Assembly: GCA_016748015.1 (NCBI GenBank)
Contig: JAAOMT010000276.1
Coordinates: 372,001 to 436,000 of the forward strand
Source: Geosiphon pyriformis uo1
Taxonomy: Eukaryota; Fungi; Glomeromycota
Length of the DNA: 64,000 bases
Direction of reading: 5' to 3'
How positions within the stretch are numbered: position 1 is the stretch's first letter; each line of letters begins with the position of its first letter. Shown here piece after piece: positions 12,685 to 26,759 of this stretch. The notes under the pieces are model-generated. The model did no database searches. It was given only the letters and a program-made list of their open reading frames with translations, and had not been told where the DNA came from. The position numbers were made by a program, and so were the translations under genes.

Positions 12685-13336
12685 TTGTTTGTTTTGATAA
12701 CACACAATAACTCGAACGATTATATTTTCGTTTCCAAGTGTATAATATCAAGTTCTAGAACTTTTTAGCAAAACACTGAAATAGATAAAATAGCTAAAAA
12801 TAGCTTTGGGTCAGAAATATTTTCACTTCTCTCTTTTTTCTTTGGGGTTTTTGTATTCTTTAGACTTTTCAAAGTTATGAAGAAAATTCACGTATGATGA
12901 AGAACTTTTTATCTTAAGATGGTGTTCACGGGCACAGTGAAATACAATTACCAAAAGAGGAATGTGAACAGCCTACCTATTCTATTTGAGGAATGAATAA
13001 TTTTTTTTTATTGTAGTCAAAAAAGTTGCGGTGGGGTGTTGGTGTCGGTGTTGGTGTTGATGATAGTGATAGTGATAGTAGTGGCAACGAAATGACAAAT
13101 TACCAAAATGAGTTTTACCAACCTTCCTTAACTATTCTTAAAGAATATATGGTTACTCTTCACTATTTCATTAAAAATAGTAAAGTCGAATAAATAATTA
13201 AGAAGTTGACCAGTTTATAGTAAAGCGGATTTAGACTATGGTTGAAAGGTTGACTTGAGAAGTTGTTTACGTGATTGATTGATTGATTGTGATTGAAAAT
13301 TCATGAAAAATTTTTTAAGGAATGTGAGGTTTATCG

Positions 13337-13440
13337 TGGTGGTAGTTGTGGTGATTGTGGTGGTGGTGGTGGTGGTGGTAGTGGTAGTGGTAGTGGTGGT
13401 GGTGGTGGTGATGATGATGATGATGATGATAATGATGATA
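13337..13440. repeat. Compound (GGT/AGT)n-(GAT)n microsatellite
   Basis: Runs of GGT, GTA/GTG and GAT triplets. Confidence 0.9.
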
Positions 13441-14009
13441 GGAAAGAGAAGTTGGCCGGTACCGATAAACAAGTTCCAAATTATGACGGGAAATGGATTG
13501 AAATAAGGAAAATTATGATATGATAAAGAAGGAAAAAGGAGGTTATTATTTTAAGAGATAAAAACAAGATTAAGAATTTAAGAAGGTTTAAAAAAAACTT
13601 ACACAGGATTTTCTTAAACCTTTTAACCAGTATAAATTCTGGTATTTTGGAAAATTTGAAATAAAAGTAATATAAAAAATGTAACTTTAGATTATTCGAG
13701 AAACATGAGAAATGAATTAAAAATCTTGAGTAGTTGATATATAAAATGGCAATAACAATCGACTGGAATTTCTAAAATGTACCATGAATAGAATACAGGA
13801 AGGAAATTGAGGCATAACGAGCATGAAAAACATTATTAGTGGTGCATCATAATTATGAATTCAGTATTTCCTATATGTGTTTGACGACCTGCTGCTTACT
13901 TTAGCTTATAGAGATATGGGCTCACGGTTTCTCTTCTCCCATAGTACTTTTTTTGAATCAATTTTGTCATCCCGCCCACTGCATGTAAGACATGAGTTGA
14001 TGGAATTAT

Positions 14010-14021
14010 CACTATTATTAC

Positions 14022-14100
<79 letters not shown>

Positions 14101-14101
14101 T
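14010..14101. repeat. (ATT)n microsatellite, ~30 units
   Basis: Direct observation. Confidence 0.95.
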
Positions 14102-15418
14102 TGAATTTTCATTTCATTTTATTTTATTTTTCATGACGTTTAAAAAAAAATCTTTAGTTTTAATGTAAGCAGTAGGTCTTTGTTTCCTTTGCGCGGGCTG
14201 TGAATGAAAAAATATATGTCAGCTAATTTACTTGTTCACAATTCGGTAATTTTAATCATTTTCTATTCCCATGGTGATTCTTAGTCACTTTTATTATGTA
14301 CATTAATTTTGTATCACTAATCATATCTATTTTTAAATTCTCACAAGATTAATGCCTTTTTCAATGATAGATTATTTTTTGAATTTAACAACACGAAAAG
14401 TCAATCATCATAGATATCATCATGATCATCCCTCGGAGTGATAGGATTTATCTATTTAACAAACGGTGATGATTATGGTGATTATTTTGTTTGACAAAAA
14501 TGAAAATCTGTGTAATAATTTATGAGGTTAATACGACCATTGAAAAAAAAAATTATGTTTAGAAATAATTGTTCTATTTTTCATCGACAAGCTTCTTATT
14601 GTTAAAAATAAAATTGGTAAGTAGAAAAGTTATGAGAATAAGCCTTTCCTATCTACGAGTAGACGGAGAACTTTGGATTTTTATTCCCTAATACTCTCAT
14701 AGAAAAAGAGCTAAATTCGATTGTGTCATTTGACAGTGCACAAACGTTCTAGTCTCCAAGCTTTGCATGATTCTGAAATCTTGTATTCATGAAAGAATAA
14801 ACTCTAAGCACTTATTAAAAACCTAAAGACACGAACACCTTGCATCATGAACAATGGAGAACAAAAATGGTAGAAATTTTGCTTACAATGAAAATGAGAA
14901 AGTTCATTAAGGTTTAGAGCTTTCACAATTGAAAGTTTAGGCTGCCATTAAAATTTAATCCGTTCTTAGACTAATAAATGAAAGATGTGGGGGATTAGGT
15001 AAAGCTCTTTGAATTATATGCAAGAAGATAATCCATCTTTCCACAAATATTTGAGGCTCAAAAAATCAATCATAACAAATAGAGCATGTGAAAATTTTCA
15101 ATTAATAAAAATAATGTTATACAAAGTTTTTGATATCACGAAAGTTTCGAAAATGGCTGTACAAAACGAACCAAAGAACAAAAAAAAAATGTTCTCACTC
15201 CTATCATTTCTTTTTTATTTTGTTTAATCTAAAATTTTATTTTACGAGACTTTTGTTTGTAAATATTTATAAATCTTTAATTTTTGTTTGTAAATATTTT
15301 TACATACGTATATCATGTTTGCTATTGTTGTTGCCCATTTTTATAATCTTATTAAGAAGAAAAGAAAAAAAAGAATAATAATACAAAAGAATAATTAATA
15401 TATAATTATTTTTTATTC

Positions 15419-15451
<33 letters not shown>

Positions 15452-15477
15452 TATTATTATTATTATTACTATTATTA
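15419..15477. repeat. (AAT)n-(ATT)n palindromic microsatellite
   Basis: An AAT run abuts its reverse complement at 15450/15451. Confidence 0.85.
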
Positions 15478-16202
15478 ATTGTCATTTTAAATTGATAAAC
15501 ATCAATTTTATTAAACACTATTTTATTATATGTAATGAATATAATTATTAAAAAGTTCTTAAAAAATATATTATTTAAAACATGCTACAATAGACAATAA
15601 ATAAATTTTGTTTGCATATATCATATAATTACTGTAACTTAATAATTGGTTTTTTTAGAAAAGTACTTGAACACTAATTTTTTTTTAGGTTTTAAATACC
15701 AAATAAAATCTAAATTTTAAGTTAAAAATAAATATAAAAACTATAATTGGGTTTTAGAATTTTACAAAAATCTGTATATAAAAAATAATAAATATAATAA
15801 CTTTAAATATAAAAAAACAATATTTTTCTTGAAAATAAATTGTAATTATGGTTGTTTAAAAAATATTTTAAATATTTTAAATTTAAACAAAATATATTTT
15901 TAATAATTTAGCTAAAAAAAATAAATAATAATAAAATAATTATTAGATAATCTTTTAAAAAAAATACATTCTAATAAAAAAAAGTTTTTATTAATAAAAT
16001 TGTTATATACTATTTTTTCAAAATTTATTTTTTAATATATTAAAAATTATTTAATAATAAATAATATAATTTTTTTTATTAACATTTAACAAGTAAGGCC
16101 CAAATGTTATCTAGCACAATATATTAAACTAAGTAATCTAAACTAAGCACAAATTATGCATTTTCTATACATGATCAACCACTCAAACTAATTAGAGCAA
16201 TA

Positions 16203-19200
16203 CTATAAATCTATCATAACAGACACCATACTATCAAAACTGGAAAAGAAACAGCAAGGTTTACAAAAGCCAAAACATATACCTATTGCCTTAGCAACTT
16301 CAAGCAACCTAACTACCCCAGCCAAGAACAAAGACAATAGATCATAGATTACAGAAAAAACAGAACCATCACAATAAATTAAACCACCTTTCTTCATAAA
16401 GACCCTATATTTGGTTCTAACCATCCATATTTTAACATAGTGAGCAGTACCAAAATCTCGAACCAAGTCAATAATAATTTTCTCTGCAGACTTAGCATCA
16501 TCCAAAACAGAAACAGCTTCCAAATACCAATCCCTGAATAAAAAGTCTTTGCTCAAAGAGATGTACAGCACATCATTAGAAACGCACAAAGAGAGCACCT
16601 GTGAGATCCGAAACAAAGAAAGACCCAAACCAGACACAGCATACCACTTAGCTAGATGGGAAGCAAACAGATCTTTACAAACATTAGAGTCAAATACACA
16701 CACAAAAAAGTGATTAGAGCTCTCCACCTCTTCACAATAAAGACATAAAACACTTGGATAATTTCTGTCATACAAGTGCTTTTGCACAGTGACTGGCAGG
16801 CAGCAGTGCAGAGCTTTTAAAAAATATAAGCACAGACCAGCAGTGGATTTGCTAGTAAATCCAGCCACCATATGTAAGTTGGGGTGCCAGACCAAGACAG
16901 TATGAACTCAATCCACATCACTAATTATATCACTGTTAATAACAGCAAAACCAGGTTCAACCTCCCATTCAACATGATTCACAGTGTTACCAGACGAAAT
17001 TAGAGATATTATTTAGCATGAAATTATCTTATAATTCCTATTATTAATTAGCATATATTATTGTTTTAAATGATCACTTATTATATTAGAAAAAATGTCC
17101 AAAATTATCATTTAATTAATAATCCAAATTGTACACAACACCAATGTAACCTAATTGCGATAATCAATCATGCAATACCCTGAACTATGTAACATTCAAA
17201 AAGTTCGCTAAAATTTGTAGAAATTCGCCGAAATAATTGATAGTTCACCGAAATATCTAATAGTTCGCTAAAATAACTTATAGTTTGCCGAAATGTATCT
17301 TTAGTTCAGCAAAATTGTAGAAAATAGCAAAGTTCGAGTTCATAGAATAGTGTTATGACAAGTTGTATAAAAGAAGAGCTTCTCTCTTTGAGAAAATATA
17401 TCTTACTTTAGATTTATTACTTAGAACCATTTCTATACACACAAAAAGAAATAAATACCAAATAATTTGAAAAACCAAATTCTTTAATTATTGTACTTGG
17501 AAAATCCCCAAAAACCAACTAACATTTCGAAATTGATTAACTACCAATTTCAGTAAACTGTTAGTGACTCCAGGCCTGGATAGAAAACGTTCTCTTGATA
17601 AGATCCTATTTCTTTTACACTTCTTTTATTTTTTTTTCTTTTCTTATTACAATCATTAGAGTAGCCTACAGATGAGATTCCTGTAGAAGAGTTGATTTTC
17701 ACAGCAAAGTAACTACACATTTTTAGCAAGCTTCCAGACAAGCAATTCCTGGGAAAGAGTTGACGTTTATTACAACGTAACTACATAAAGCAACTGGCAC
17801 GGAATTGGCTATTTCACTTATAAGCCCAGCAAGTTCAAATTATAAGAGATAATTTAAAGATAAATTCAGTTACTGGAGGTTCAACCACATCCAGAAACGT
17901 GAATTCACAGCAAATAAGTATCAACAACATTACAGAAAAGAGACCAAAAAAAAACCTCTGATAACAACAACCCTAAAAATATCCTAAGCAAAATACTAAA
18001 CATTGCCAGATACCACCACTCTATCAATCTCAATAAACATTTCCTTAATCAAAATAGAAAGTACTAAATTTGAACTTGCAGTTGAATCAGCCAACTTGTT
18101 AGCATGTTCTTTAACCTTACATTAAGAAACACCAAGCCTCTTATTTTTTATTAAATTTACAACACCACATCACTCTATCTAGCACTGGTTATGGAAATTC
18201 GGAGAAGCCAAAACTGACTCAGTAACACAAGCATTTAAGGCAGCCTGACTGTTCGAATAAACCACAACAGAATTATAAGAAGAAACACACTTCAAAGCTA
18301 AAGTGATCACTTGCAATTTCACCAAAGTGGAAGAAACCAATCCATTAACCCTAATGCCAATACTCATATCCACATCTGAGAAGTACACAGCTACACCACA
18401 TCCCATTTCCTGCATACCAAAATTTTTCAAAGATCCATCCATGTAAACTTCAATGACATTTAAATTAGAGGTAAGAAGACACTGCTTTATCTGAAGAATA
18501 TCATCTAAACTACCAACATCCAGTGACTAGAATTCAGCAACAGAGAGACCTTCACAAGGAGAAAAATGAGCCAGGAAACCATATGCCAAAATGAACTAAT
18601 AAGGGACTGGGCCCCTTGGGTTAAGCCTTTTCCAATGGTGGAAGCTTTTCCAGTCAAAAATCAAACCTTTTTTAGTACACAGCTGTTCGATAAAAGCAAT
18701 TCCAAATCTCTTGAGTGAGTGTAAAACTTCATAAAACAAATAATTTCCCAGAACCAAAGACATGGATGTCCTACCAGAAAAACGGAATACCATATAAGAA
18801 AAGTTCCCAAGAGACACATTACAATTCAAAAAAATTCTTATAACACCAGCCAGAAAATTGTTGACCAAATTAACACGCAATCTGACTGGGGAACACAAAA
18901 AATAAACAGGCAATTAACTTAGAACCTGAAGGTCCAGAGACCTATGAATAAACAAGTGACCCAAAATCCCACTAGTATTCGAGAAACTCAGCACAAAAAC
19001 CAATTTGCACTCAGCCTGCAACTGTTCAAAAGACTTCAAACCATACAACAACAAATGATGAAAAGCCTTATTAGAAAAATTCCTTGGTAGTCCAGTTTTA
19101 AGCCTCAAACCTTTCTTAATCATTGTGTTCTACTTAATACACACACTCTTAGAAAGAAAACTAAACTGAAATCTATAAATAACAATAGGTTGTAATACAG

Positions 19201-21823
19201 CTAAAACCAGATAGAGAAACTTTTTGTCTAAAATAGTCTTCCTCAAAACCAAATTAACAAAGAACCTAACATTTGAATAAGCTTTTGCCAAACTGGGTTT
19301 GGACAAACCTTTAGATGACAAATAAATCTCAAGATACCTATGAGACTTCCCTCTTTGAGCAATTGAAATTAGCAGACCACTTATTGACAATAATGCCTCT
19401 TTTACTCTTCTGTTGATAGAAATAGCCACAGTCTTTTTATTATTAATAGAAATATTATTTATACTGAAAAATTCACTTGCAATGTTCAAAATGTACTAAG
19501 TAGCAGTCTGGCTACTTTCTACCCAAATTGTGTTATCAACAAAAACACCAGCTGCCAAAAACAAGATCAAATCATCATGAGTCTCCAACCTGCCAGATCT
19601 AGCAACAAACCTGGAATCAATACAGTATCTACACAAACTCTCCTGTCTCTTAACTTCACATAAAAAGTGATCATAGAAAATTCTTCAAAGCAAAAGAGAA
19701 AACACCTCACCCTAATCAAGACCATTATGTACCCAGTACTCATTAGTCAGACCAAAATTAGTCATGACATGATTGACATGATCATTGTGAATACTTCCAA
19801 AGAATCTGATGAAATAATCACACATCTTAATTTGAACCAAACTATTTCATAAATGGTGCCAACCTACAGAGTCATAGGCCTTCTACATATTCTGTAAAAC
19901 AAGCCAAAGCTCACGATTTTTCTCTAAAGCATCTTCAACAACTGAACTGATGGCAAAAATAGGAGACTGGGTAGTAGTGCCTTTAAACATAAAAAAATTG
20001 TTACTGTGAAGAACATCAAATACACTGCATACTAACAAAATCCTATCAAAAAGTAACTTAAAGAGAATCTTATGAGCAGTCTTAATCAAAGCAATCAGTC
20101 TAGTATTGGTCAGAACACTTTTCCACTCATAAAGCTTAAGAAATATAAACACCCAAGCTTCTTTTCAGCATCAGGGTACAAATTTACAAACCAAACAGAG
20201 ATTCAAGAAATCCAATAACATACCAAGCATAGAACTGTTACAATGTTTCCAGAGTTTATTTGTAATACCTGACAAACCAGCTGCTTTGCCATTTGGCAGA
20301 TCTTTGACCACATGCACCAAATCTTCATAGCTGATAGCTTTTATTACCTCAGAAAAAGCATTATTGTCGACATAATTCAATAGCAGATATTGACATTGCC
20401 ACAAATTAAGAATGTTATATAGTACTACCTTTTTTCTTGTTCAATCTTCTATAATCTTGTCAACATTATCCTTAACGTCAACTGAATCTACAATTAAACT
20501 ACCATCAGAAACCAGATGATCTAATACCACTTTTTGAAAAGGGTGTTTCAAAACACTACAGATCATGTGATCTTTGTTAACTGTGAAACTTTCCATCTGT
20601 TTCTCAATAGCAGATCTAATGCCTGATTCCTCAGCCAGTTTGGATGCACAATAAGATTTCCTCACATTAAAGAAAGCAAAACGTATACAATCAAAGTTTG
20701 CACTAGAGTCAATAAAAACCCAAATAACAGACACCTTGTCAGTATCCAAAGAGTGTCAATGTTCCAAAAGGGAGAAAAACCTGTTAGATATTACATCATA
20801 AGATGCTTTAGTCAACCTTAAGACCAAAATTTCCAGTTTGTGAAACCAAGATGACTCTTTAGTAAACACCTTGTTATAGCTCTTAAACCATTTTTTTTTG
20901 AAAACATTATTAGCCAAAAGAAACACCACTTTGTGAACAGTGTTCCATATAGTATCCAGATCTGAATACTTCTTAGATGTAGCAAACTTATTAGAGAACA
21001 TAATAGTATTGGCCATTGTAGCATCCTTGAACTCATCCTATGTAATCTCATTAGCAAATTTAATATTAAACTTTCAGTAATCTTTGTTTGCTTGTTTGTG
21101 AAAAGAGTTCAACTGCACATCCAAAAGTCTGCCTAATTCTATGAACACGGAGACAGCACAATAATTAGTATTAAAGTGCTTACTAACATTCAGAACACCA
21201 CAGCACAAAATTGTATTAACCAAACTCAAAAAAACAAAAATATAGTTAATTGTTTTAACAGCACCTCTGGAATTTTCCCACATAGGCATTTTGGCTACTG
21301 AGCTCCCAGCTAAGAAATTAACTAGGCCCAAACTAAAACATTTTTTAAAACTTGCACACTTGCGGGAACCATCTTTATTGAAGTTGTCACCAAGGACAAT
21401 GAAAGTGGATTTATTTGTAGCTTTGACAATAAGAGAGTTAACAGCATTAGCTTGGGAGAAATGAACTGTAAAAGAAGCATCAGCATAAAGCCCCAGAATC
21501 ATAACAGAAAGTCTATTTTTAAAGAGCAACTTGATAGAGATAAGATGACCAGATACCTCAGAAACCTTACTTATATGCTTAGCCAAAAAATTGTTGATAA
21601 CTATAACAACACCCAAATCCGAGTTCAAACCCAAGATAAACACTTGAACACCATCAAATTTGTTAGTAATCTATGAGTGGATCTTTCCTTTCAGCTTCGT
21701 TTCTGTAAAAATTAAAACCAGATTGTTTATGTCTTTATGTCAATGCACAATATTATCTTGTTTAGCTGGATTGTTTATTCTTCTGACATTGCATGTAGCA
21801 ATTTTCCAAACTAGATCACTCAT
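16203..21823 (-). pseudogene. LINE ORF2 (endonuclease-RT-RNase H-CCHC), disrupted
   Basis: Chain of minus-strand ORF fragments from 21643 to 16203, broken by premature stops. The ATG at 21823 overlaps the ORF1 stop (ATGA). Confidence 0.9.
16985..17966 (+). mobile_element. Solo LTR (family 1) inserted in LINE ORF2
   Basis: Ends TGTTACCAGA...TCTGATAACA (10-bp inverted termini) with a 4-bp TSD ACAG/ACAA. Removing it restores the LINE frame DIFR(A)VNHVEWE. It has a ~20-bp tandem array at ~17200-17330 and TATAAAA at ~17366. Confidence 0.9.
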
Positions 21824-23780
21824 TGAGATGGAGAAGAAGCTGATAAACCCAAACTAGAGCACAAAAAATCCAATTTCATCAAAACCAAACTGACTGAAAC
21901 TTCCAAAGCCATAATTTCCGATTCCAAACCACCTATTTTGATAGTAAGAACTTTTGAGCTGCTTATGCTTAGGTCAAAGGAAGCATTATTAATCACTAAA
22001 AGAAAAAGAGAAGAAGGCACTATCACACTATCCACAACTATATCCAAACACAAAGCTGAGTTCAAAGGAGCAGCAACAACAGAAAAAAGGACACTAGATA
22101 GAAACATTATCAACACCAAATCCACAAAGCTCAATTTTCTCAGAATCTCAGAAACTTGGTCTGACAAAAGCTCCATGGAGCATTTCAAAGAGACCATGCA
22201 ATCAGCCAAACCAAAATCATCAAAAGTATTAGAAGTTGACACCAAAGGTTTTGCACTTAAAAGCAAATCTGTACCAGAAGAACCTAATAAGGCCACATGA
22301 GAAGAAGAGCTACCTGCAATCTGAGCCCAAGTTTTCCCACCAAAAGACACTGAACAGGTAACTAAAGCCTGCTTTCTCTTATAAATATTAGCCAAATGGA
22401 TCTGATCCTGAAAAGACATTACCCACTTATGACAAATTCCAAAGTTCCCACCAACTGAACACACATTAGAAATATGACCAAATTGTTTACACTTGGCACA
22501 ACAAGCCAAAGAAAGACCAGCTCATTGCAAATTCACACCCTTATAAACTGGAACAGATTCAATAGCAGCCAATCTGGATGTTTTACTATTAAAACAGACT
22601 ACTGTACATCTATTACAAACATATGAACCAGAATTATGGCCAATGAAGCAAGTTTTCCCACTATATAAATCTAATAAATCTGATAAGTCATGAACAGTCA
22701 TGTCTATTGGCAAAGTGTACAACAATGTCTAATAACAATCCCTAACTACCCACAATTCTTTGTTATCTACAGCTAATACAACACAAACAGAATCTTTACC
22801 CATGAGAACTGACTATTTAGAAGCAACTGATCTAGCCACATCTGATGATTTAAATTCTACTACAGCTTTTTGCCAAAGTCCAATCAGTTGCATTCTAATC
22901 GAAATTACCTGATCAAACTTAGAAAATACTGGTTCAATTGCCAATTTGGGAAAATCCATTGGGATCTCCTTGACTATCACTTCCCAATCTGAACAGCTGT
23001 TTGGTTTCCTAATATCAATATTTACCAGAATTTTTTTACTGATTGCCATTTTCTTGGCCTTGATCAAACTTAACTCAGAAGTAAAAGAAGATTTAATGAT
23101 GTCTAAGAGTTTTGAAGGAGCAGATGCACCCCCAAAACTATTAACCTGATAAAAGATTTTTTTTACAGCAATCAACTTGTTACCAATAGTTTTGTCAGAC
23201 AAGACAGAAATTCTAATATCCAATGCAAATAACTTAACAGGATCAAAAATATGTTTTCCCGATGCACATGATTCAACAGAGTGCAATTTTTTGAAGCCTG
23301 TAAACTTAGAAGATGGGAGAGCCATCATATTATCATTATCACTTAGAACATCGAACAAAGAAGCCTTTAGGGATTGACCTAACATGTATGTGCAAATGCA
23401 TGTTTTCCTGAAAGTGGTATCATCCTCCATGTCATCAATCATAGAAGTGTCTAAGTCAGCATAACTAGTTTTCTCAATGACAATATTTTTTATGTTCTTT
23501 AAGTCTAACAGACTATCCACACTATTTGTTTTGTTTTCCATTTCACTGCCCCAAGATTTTGAAAACTTACCATTAGCATTATCAATATCTGTCAGGTCCA
23601 GCAGGCCAGCAGATAAATCAACCACTCTGACATCAACTTTGGGATTCTTAGGCTTCTTGTAAGATACACTACAAGAGTACACACTATTAATTCTCTTTTT
23701 TTTGCATTAGGCCAGATCTCCAAATCAACAGAAGTAGATCCAGAGCCATCAGCAACAGGACTTGCCAGTTCCATGTTCAT
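21820..23780 (-). pseudogene. LINE ORF1 (two RRM-like segments + CCHC knuckle), disrupted
   Basis: VIVKEIPMDFPKLAIEPVFSKF..QKAVVEF; LYTLPIDMTVHDL; CAKCKQFGHISNVC. Interrupted by stops and a frameshift. Confidence 0.8.
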
Positions 23781-23889
23781 GAATAAAGATATGTCTGAAG
23801 AAATAGTTGAAAGTACAAAGAGAAAAGGGAGTAGGAAAAAAAACTTTTTCTTCAGCAATATCTTGCTCTCATTGTAACCAGAGGATTAA

Positions 23890-25740
23890 CAAGAGAAAAA
23901 TTTTTTATTGTATTATATATATAATATTATATATTTATAATAATATAAAAAAATATTATAATAAAAAATCAAAATAATTATTAATATAATTATAACAATA
24001 ATTATAAGTAATTTTCTTAAAAATTATGTTAAATTTATAAATTATTAAGTTTTAATAAAAATATTAATTGTATTATTTAATTGTTTATATTTTTGTTAAT
24101 TAAAATAAATTATAAATTGGTTTATGTAATTTTATTACAGATTTTCAAAATAATATTACATTAAAATTGTGAAAATATAATATATTTTACAAGTTATAAT
24201 ATTAATTAATATTTTATATTCAAATTATATAAAATTAAAAATAAATTTATATAATTTGTGTTAATAGTTTTAAAATAGCTTATAGTATAATATTTATAAT
24301 AATAAAAATTAAAAAACTTATTAAAAAAATTAAAAAAAAAATTTGGTTAAAATTAAATTAAAAAAAACTATTACAATAAAAATACAAATTAATAAATAGT
24401 AAATAAAAATTTTATAAAAAAATAAAATTAATTCTTATAATGTTAATATTATTGTTTATTATAATTATAATTAAATACAAAATATTTATATTATATATTT
24501 TAAGTTACAAATAAATAAAATTTATTATTTTAGTTTATATAAAATATTTTTATTTAGTTTTTAAAAATAATATAATATATAAACAAATAAATTATATTCT
24601 TAATAAAAACAAAATAATAAACAAAAATTTTAATAAAACATTAAACATAATAATAAAAAACCATTTAAATATTGTTTATAATAATATAAAAAAACAAAAT
24701 ATTATTATTATTATTATTATTATTATTTACTTATATTTAATAATTTATAATTATTATAAAAATATTAAACTTAATTTTATGGTACTTAAACATGTTAAAT
24801 TCAAATATAATAGTAATTTTAAATTAATTAAAAAACTATATTATAAAATAATTGTAGATTATATAAATTATATTATTAAAATTACAAAAAAATTAATTAT
24901 AATTTAATTAAATTAAATAAAGCTCAATATTATAATAATAATAAAATTTTTCAATATTTAAATCTTAATTTTATATTAAAATTTTTTAAAAAGATTAAGT
25001 AATTTACAGAAATATTATTGTTTTTTTTAAAAAAAAATTAATTTAATATTAATACTTTTTTTAAATTACAAAAAAAACAAAAATCATAATATTTTTTTAT
25101 TTATAAAAAATAAATTTAAAAATATTATTTGTTTAAAACCAATTTATATTGTTAATAAATAAAAATAAAATTGATTTTTTTATATTTTTATTAAATAATT
25201 AAACAAAAAAAAATATTTTTTGGTATTTTTTAAGTTATTATTTTTAATTTAATATTGGTTTTTTTTGGTATGTTATAATTATATTAATTATAATATTTAA
25301 TTTTAATTTAATTTTTAAATTATATGATAAATATTTAAGCACTTTTTTTGTTTTTTAAAAATATTATTAATAATATTTAAAAATTTATTACAAATTATTA
25401 AAAGCTTTTTGAATAAATAATTTTTATTTAAATATTTTATAAAATTATAAAATTTAAATTAATTTATATTATTTTTATATGTTAATTTTTACATAATTTT
25501 ATTAATTTAAAATTGGTTATTAAAAACAATATTAGATTTTTACATAAAGTTTGTATTTTAAGCTTTTTTAAATATTATTATTCAAATTAAATTATTTTTG
25601 TTTGCTTTTTTTATTATTTTTAAGATTGTAAAATTTTTATTTTTATTTTTATAGCTATAATTTTATATAATATTTTTTTTAAAAACTTTTTTTTTTATAT
25701 TCCAAATTTTTGAAAAAGTGCTTTATTTTAAAAGAAGTTT
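23890..25740. other. Extremely AT-rich tract, probably a terminally mutated TE relic
   Basis: Almost devoid of G/C and has no ORFs. Only faint LINE-RT-like words remain (KNLVKIK near 24340). Confidence 0.4.
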
Positions 25741-25747
25741 TTTCTAT

Positions 25748-26672
25748 TATTATTAGAATTTTAGCCATTAATTAACATAAAATTACTTTTATAATTCTTA
25801 TCATTAATTAATATATATTATTATTATTTTAATTATTAATTATTATTTACTTAATTAATCTAATTTGTACAATATATAATTGTAATAATCAAAACATATA
25901 ATATACTAAACTTTATAACATTTAAGAACTTACCAAAATTTGTAGAATTTTGCAAAATAATAGTTTACTAAAATAATTCATAGTTTATAGAAACAATTTG
26001 TAGTTTGCCAAAATATATTTTTAAATTTATTGAAAGTATAGCAAAAAAAAATGCAAATTCAAAGACTAATATTATAATAAGTTGTATAAAAAAAAAGCTT
26101 TTCTTTTTAAAAAAATGTATTTCAGTTAGAATTATCTTATCTTAAAAATACTTTTACTTTTATTAATAAAATAATATTTCAAAAACAAAAATTATTAAAT
26201 TATTTATACTTAAAATTTCCAAAACCCAACTAATGTTTTGAAATTAATTAACTACTAATTTTAGTAATTTATTAGTAACTTCAGACTTGGATAGAAAATG
26301 ATTTCTTTAACAAAATTTTTTTTCTTTTATATTTTCTTTATTTTCTTTTATTTTTTTTATTATATATATTAGAATAGTTTACAAACAAAATTTCTGTAAA
26401 AAATTAACTTTCACAATAAAGTAATTACACATTTTTAGTAAGCTTTTAGATAAACAATTCTTAAAAAAGAGTTTATTTTTACTGCAAAGTAACTATATAA
26501 ATAATTGGCATGAAATTGGTTATTTTATTTATAAGCTTAATAGTTCAAATTATAGAAGATAATTTAAAGATAAATTCAGTTATTAAAAGTTTAATAGCTT
26601 CTAATAATAGCAAATTTACAGTAAATAATATTAACAACATTCAGAAAAAGAAACCAAAAATTTCTAGTAATA
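25748..26672 (+). mobile_element. Second, more decayed solo LTR of family 1
   Basis: Colinear with 16985-17966 (e.g. GATAATTTAAAGATAAATTCAGTTA and GTTGTATAAAA shared). Ends TCTAGTAATA. Left boundary approximate. Confidence 0.85.
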
Positions 26673-26759
26673 CTGTCTTTGATTATTTTTTGTTATTTAG
26701 TTAAATATCTTAAAACTTTTTTTGTTTAACTATAAGACTGCTAATATTGACAATAGTTT

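Larger units (their letters stand above)
16070..23890 (-). mobile_element. Near full-length decayed LINE (ORF1 + APE-RT-RNaseH-zinc finger ORF2), interrupted by a solo LTR
   Basis: APE start KIATCNVR..TETKL; LGDNFN; KAAGLSGI; TNTRLIALI; WLVLQNM; RT core AAGVFVDN(D)TIW; RNase H VYMDGS..SSTLVKL..SNSQAAL; CLYC..ESSNHFFVC. Its 3' end matches that of the second LINE and is followed by an A-rich tail. 5' end approximate. Confidence 0.92.

Noticed and set aside
13236-14112. Poly-T/I, poly-V/M, poly-G/D, poly-L and poly-N ORFs
   Set aside because: Artefacts of trinucleotide microsatellites.
14620-15380. Possible small gene in the 12.7-16 kb intergenic region
   Set aside because: Only short, low-complexity ORFs; no coherent exon chain found.
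17198-17340. Regularly spaced ~20-bp repeats as a CRISPR-like array
   Set aside because: Degenerate head-to-tail units without unique spacers, inside a solo LTR in a eukaryotic context.
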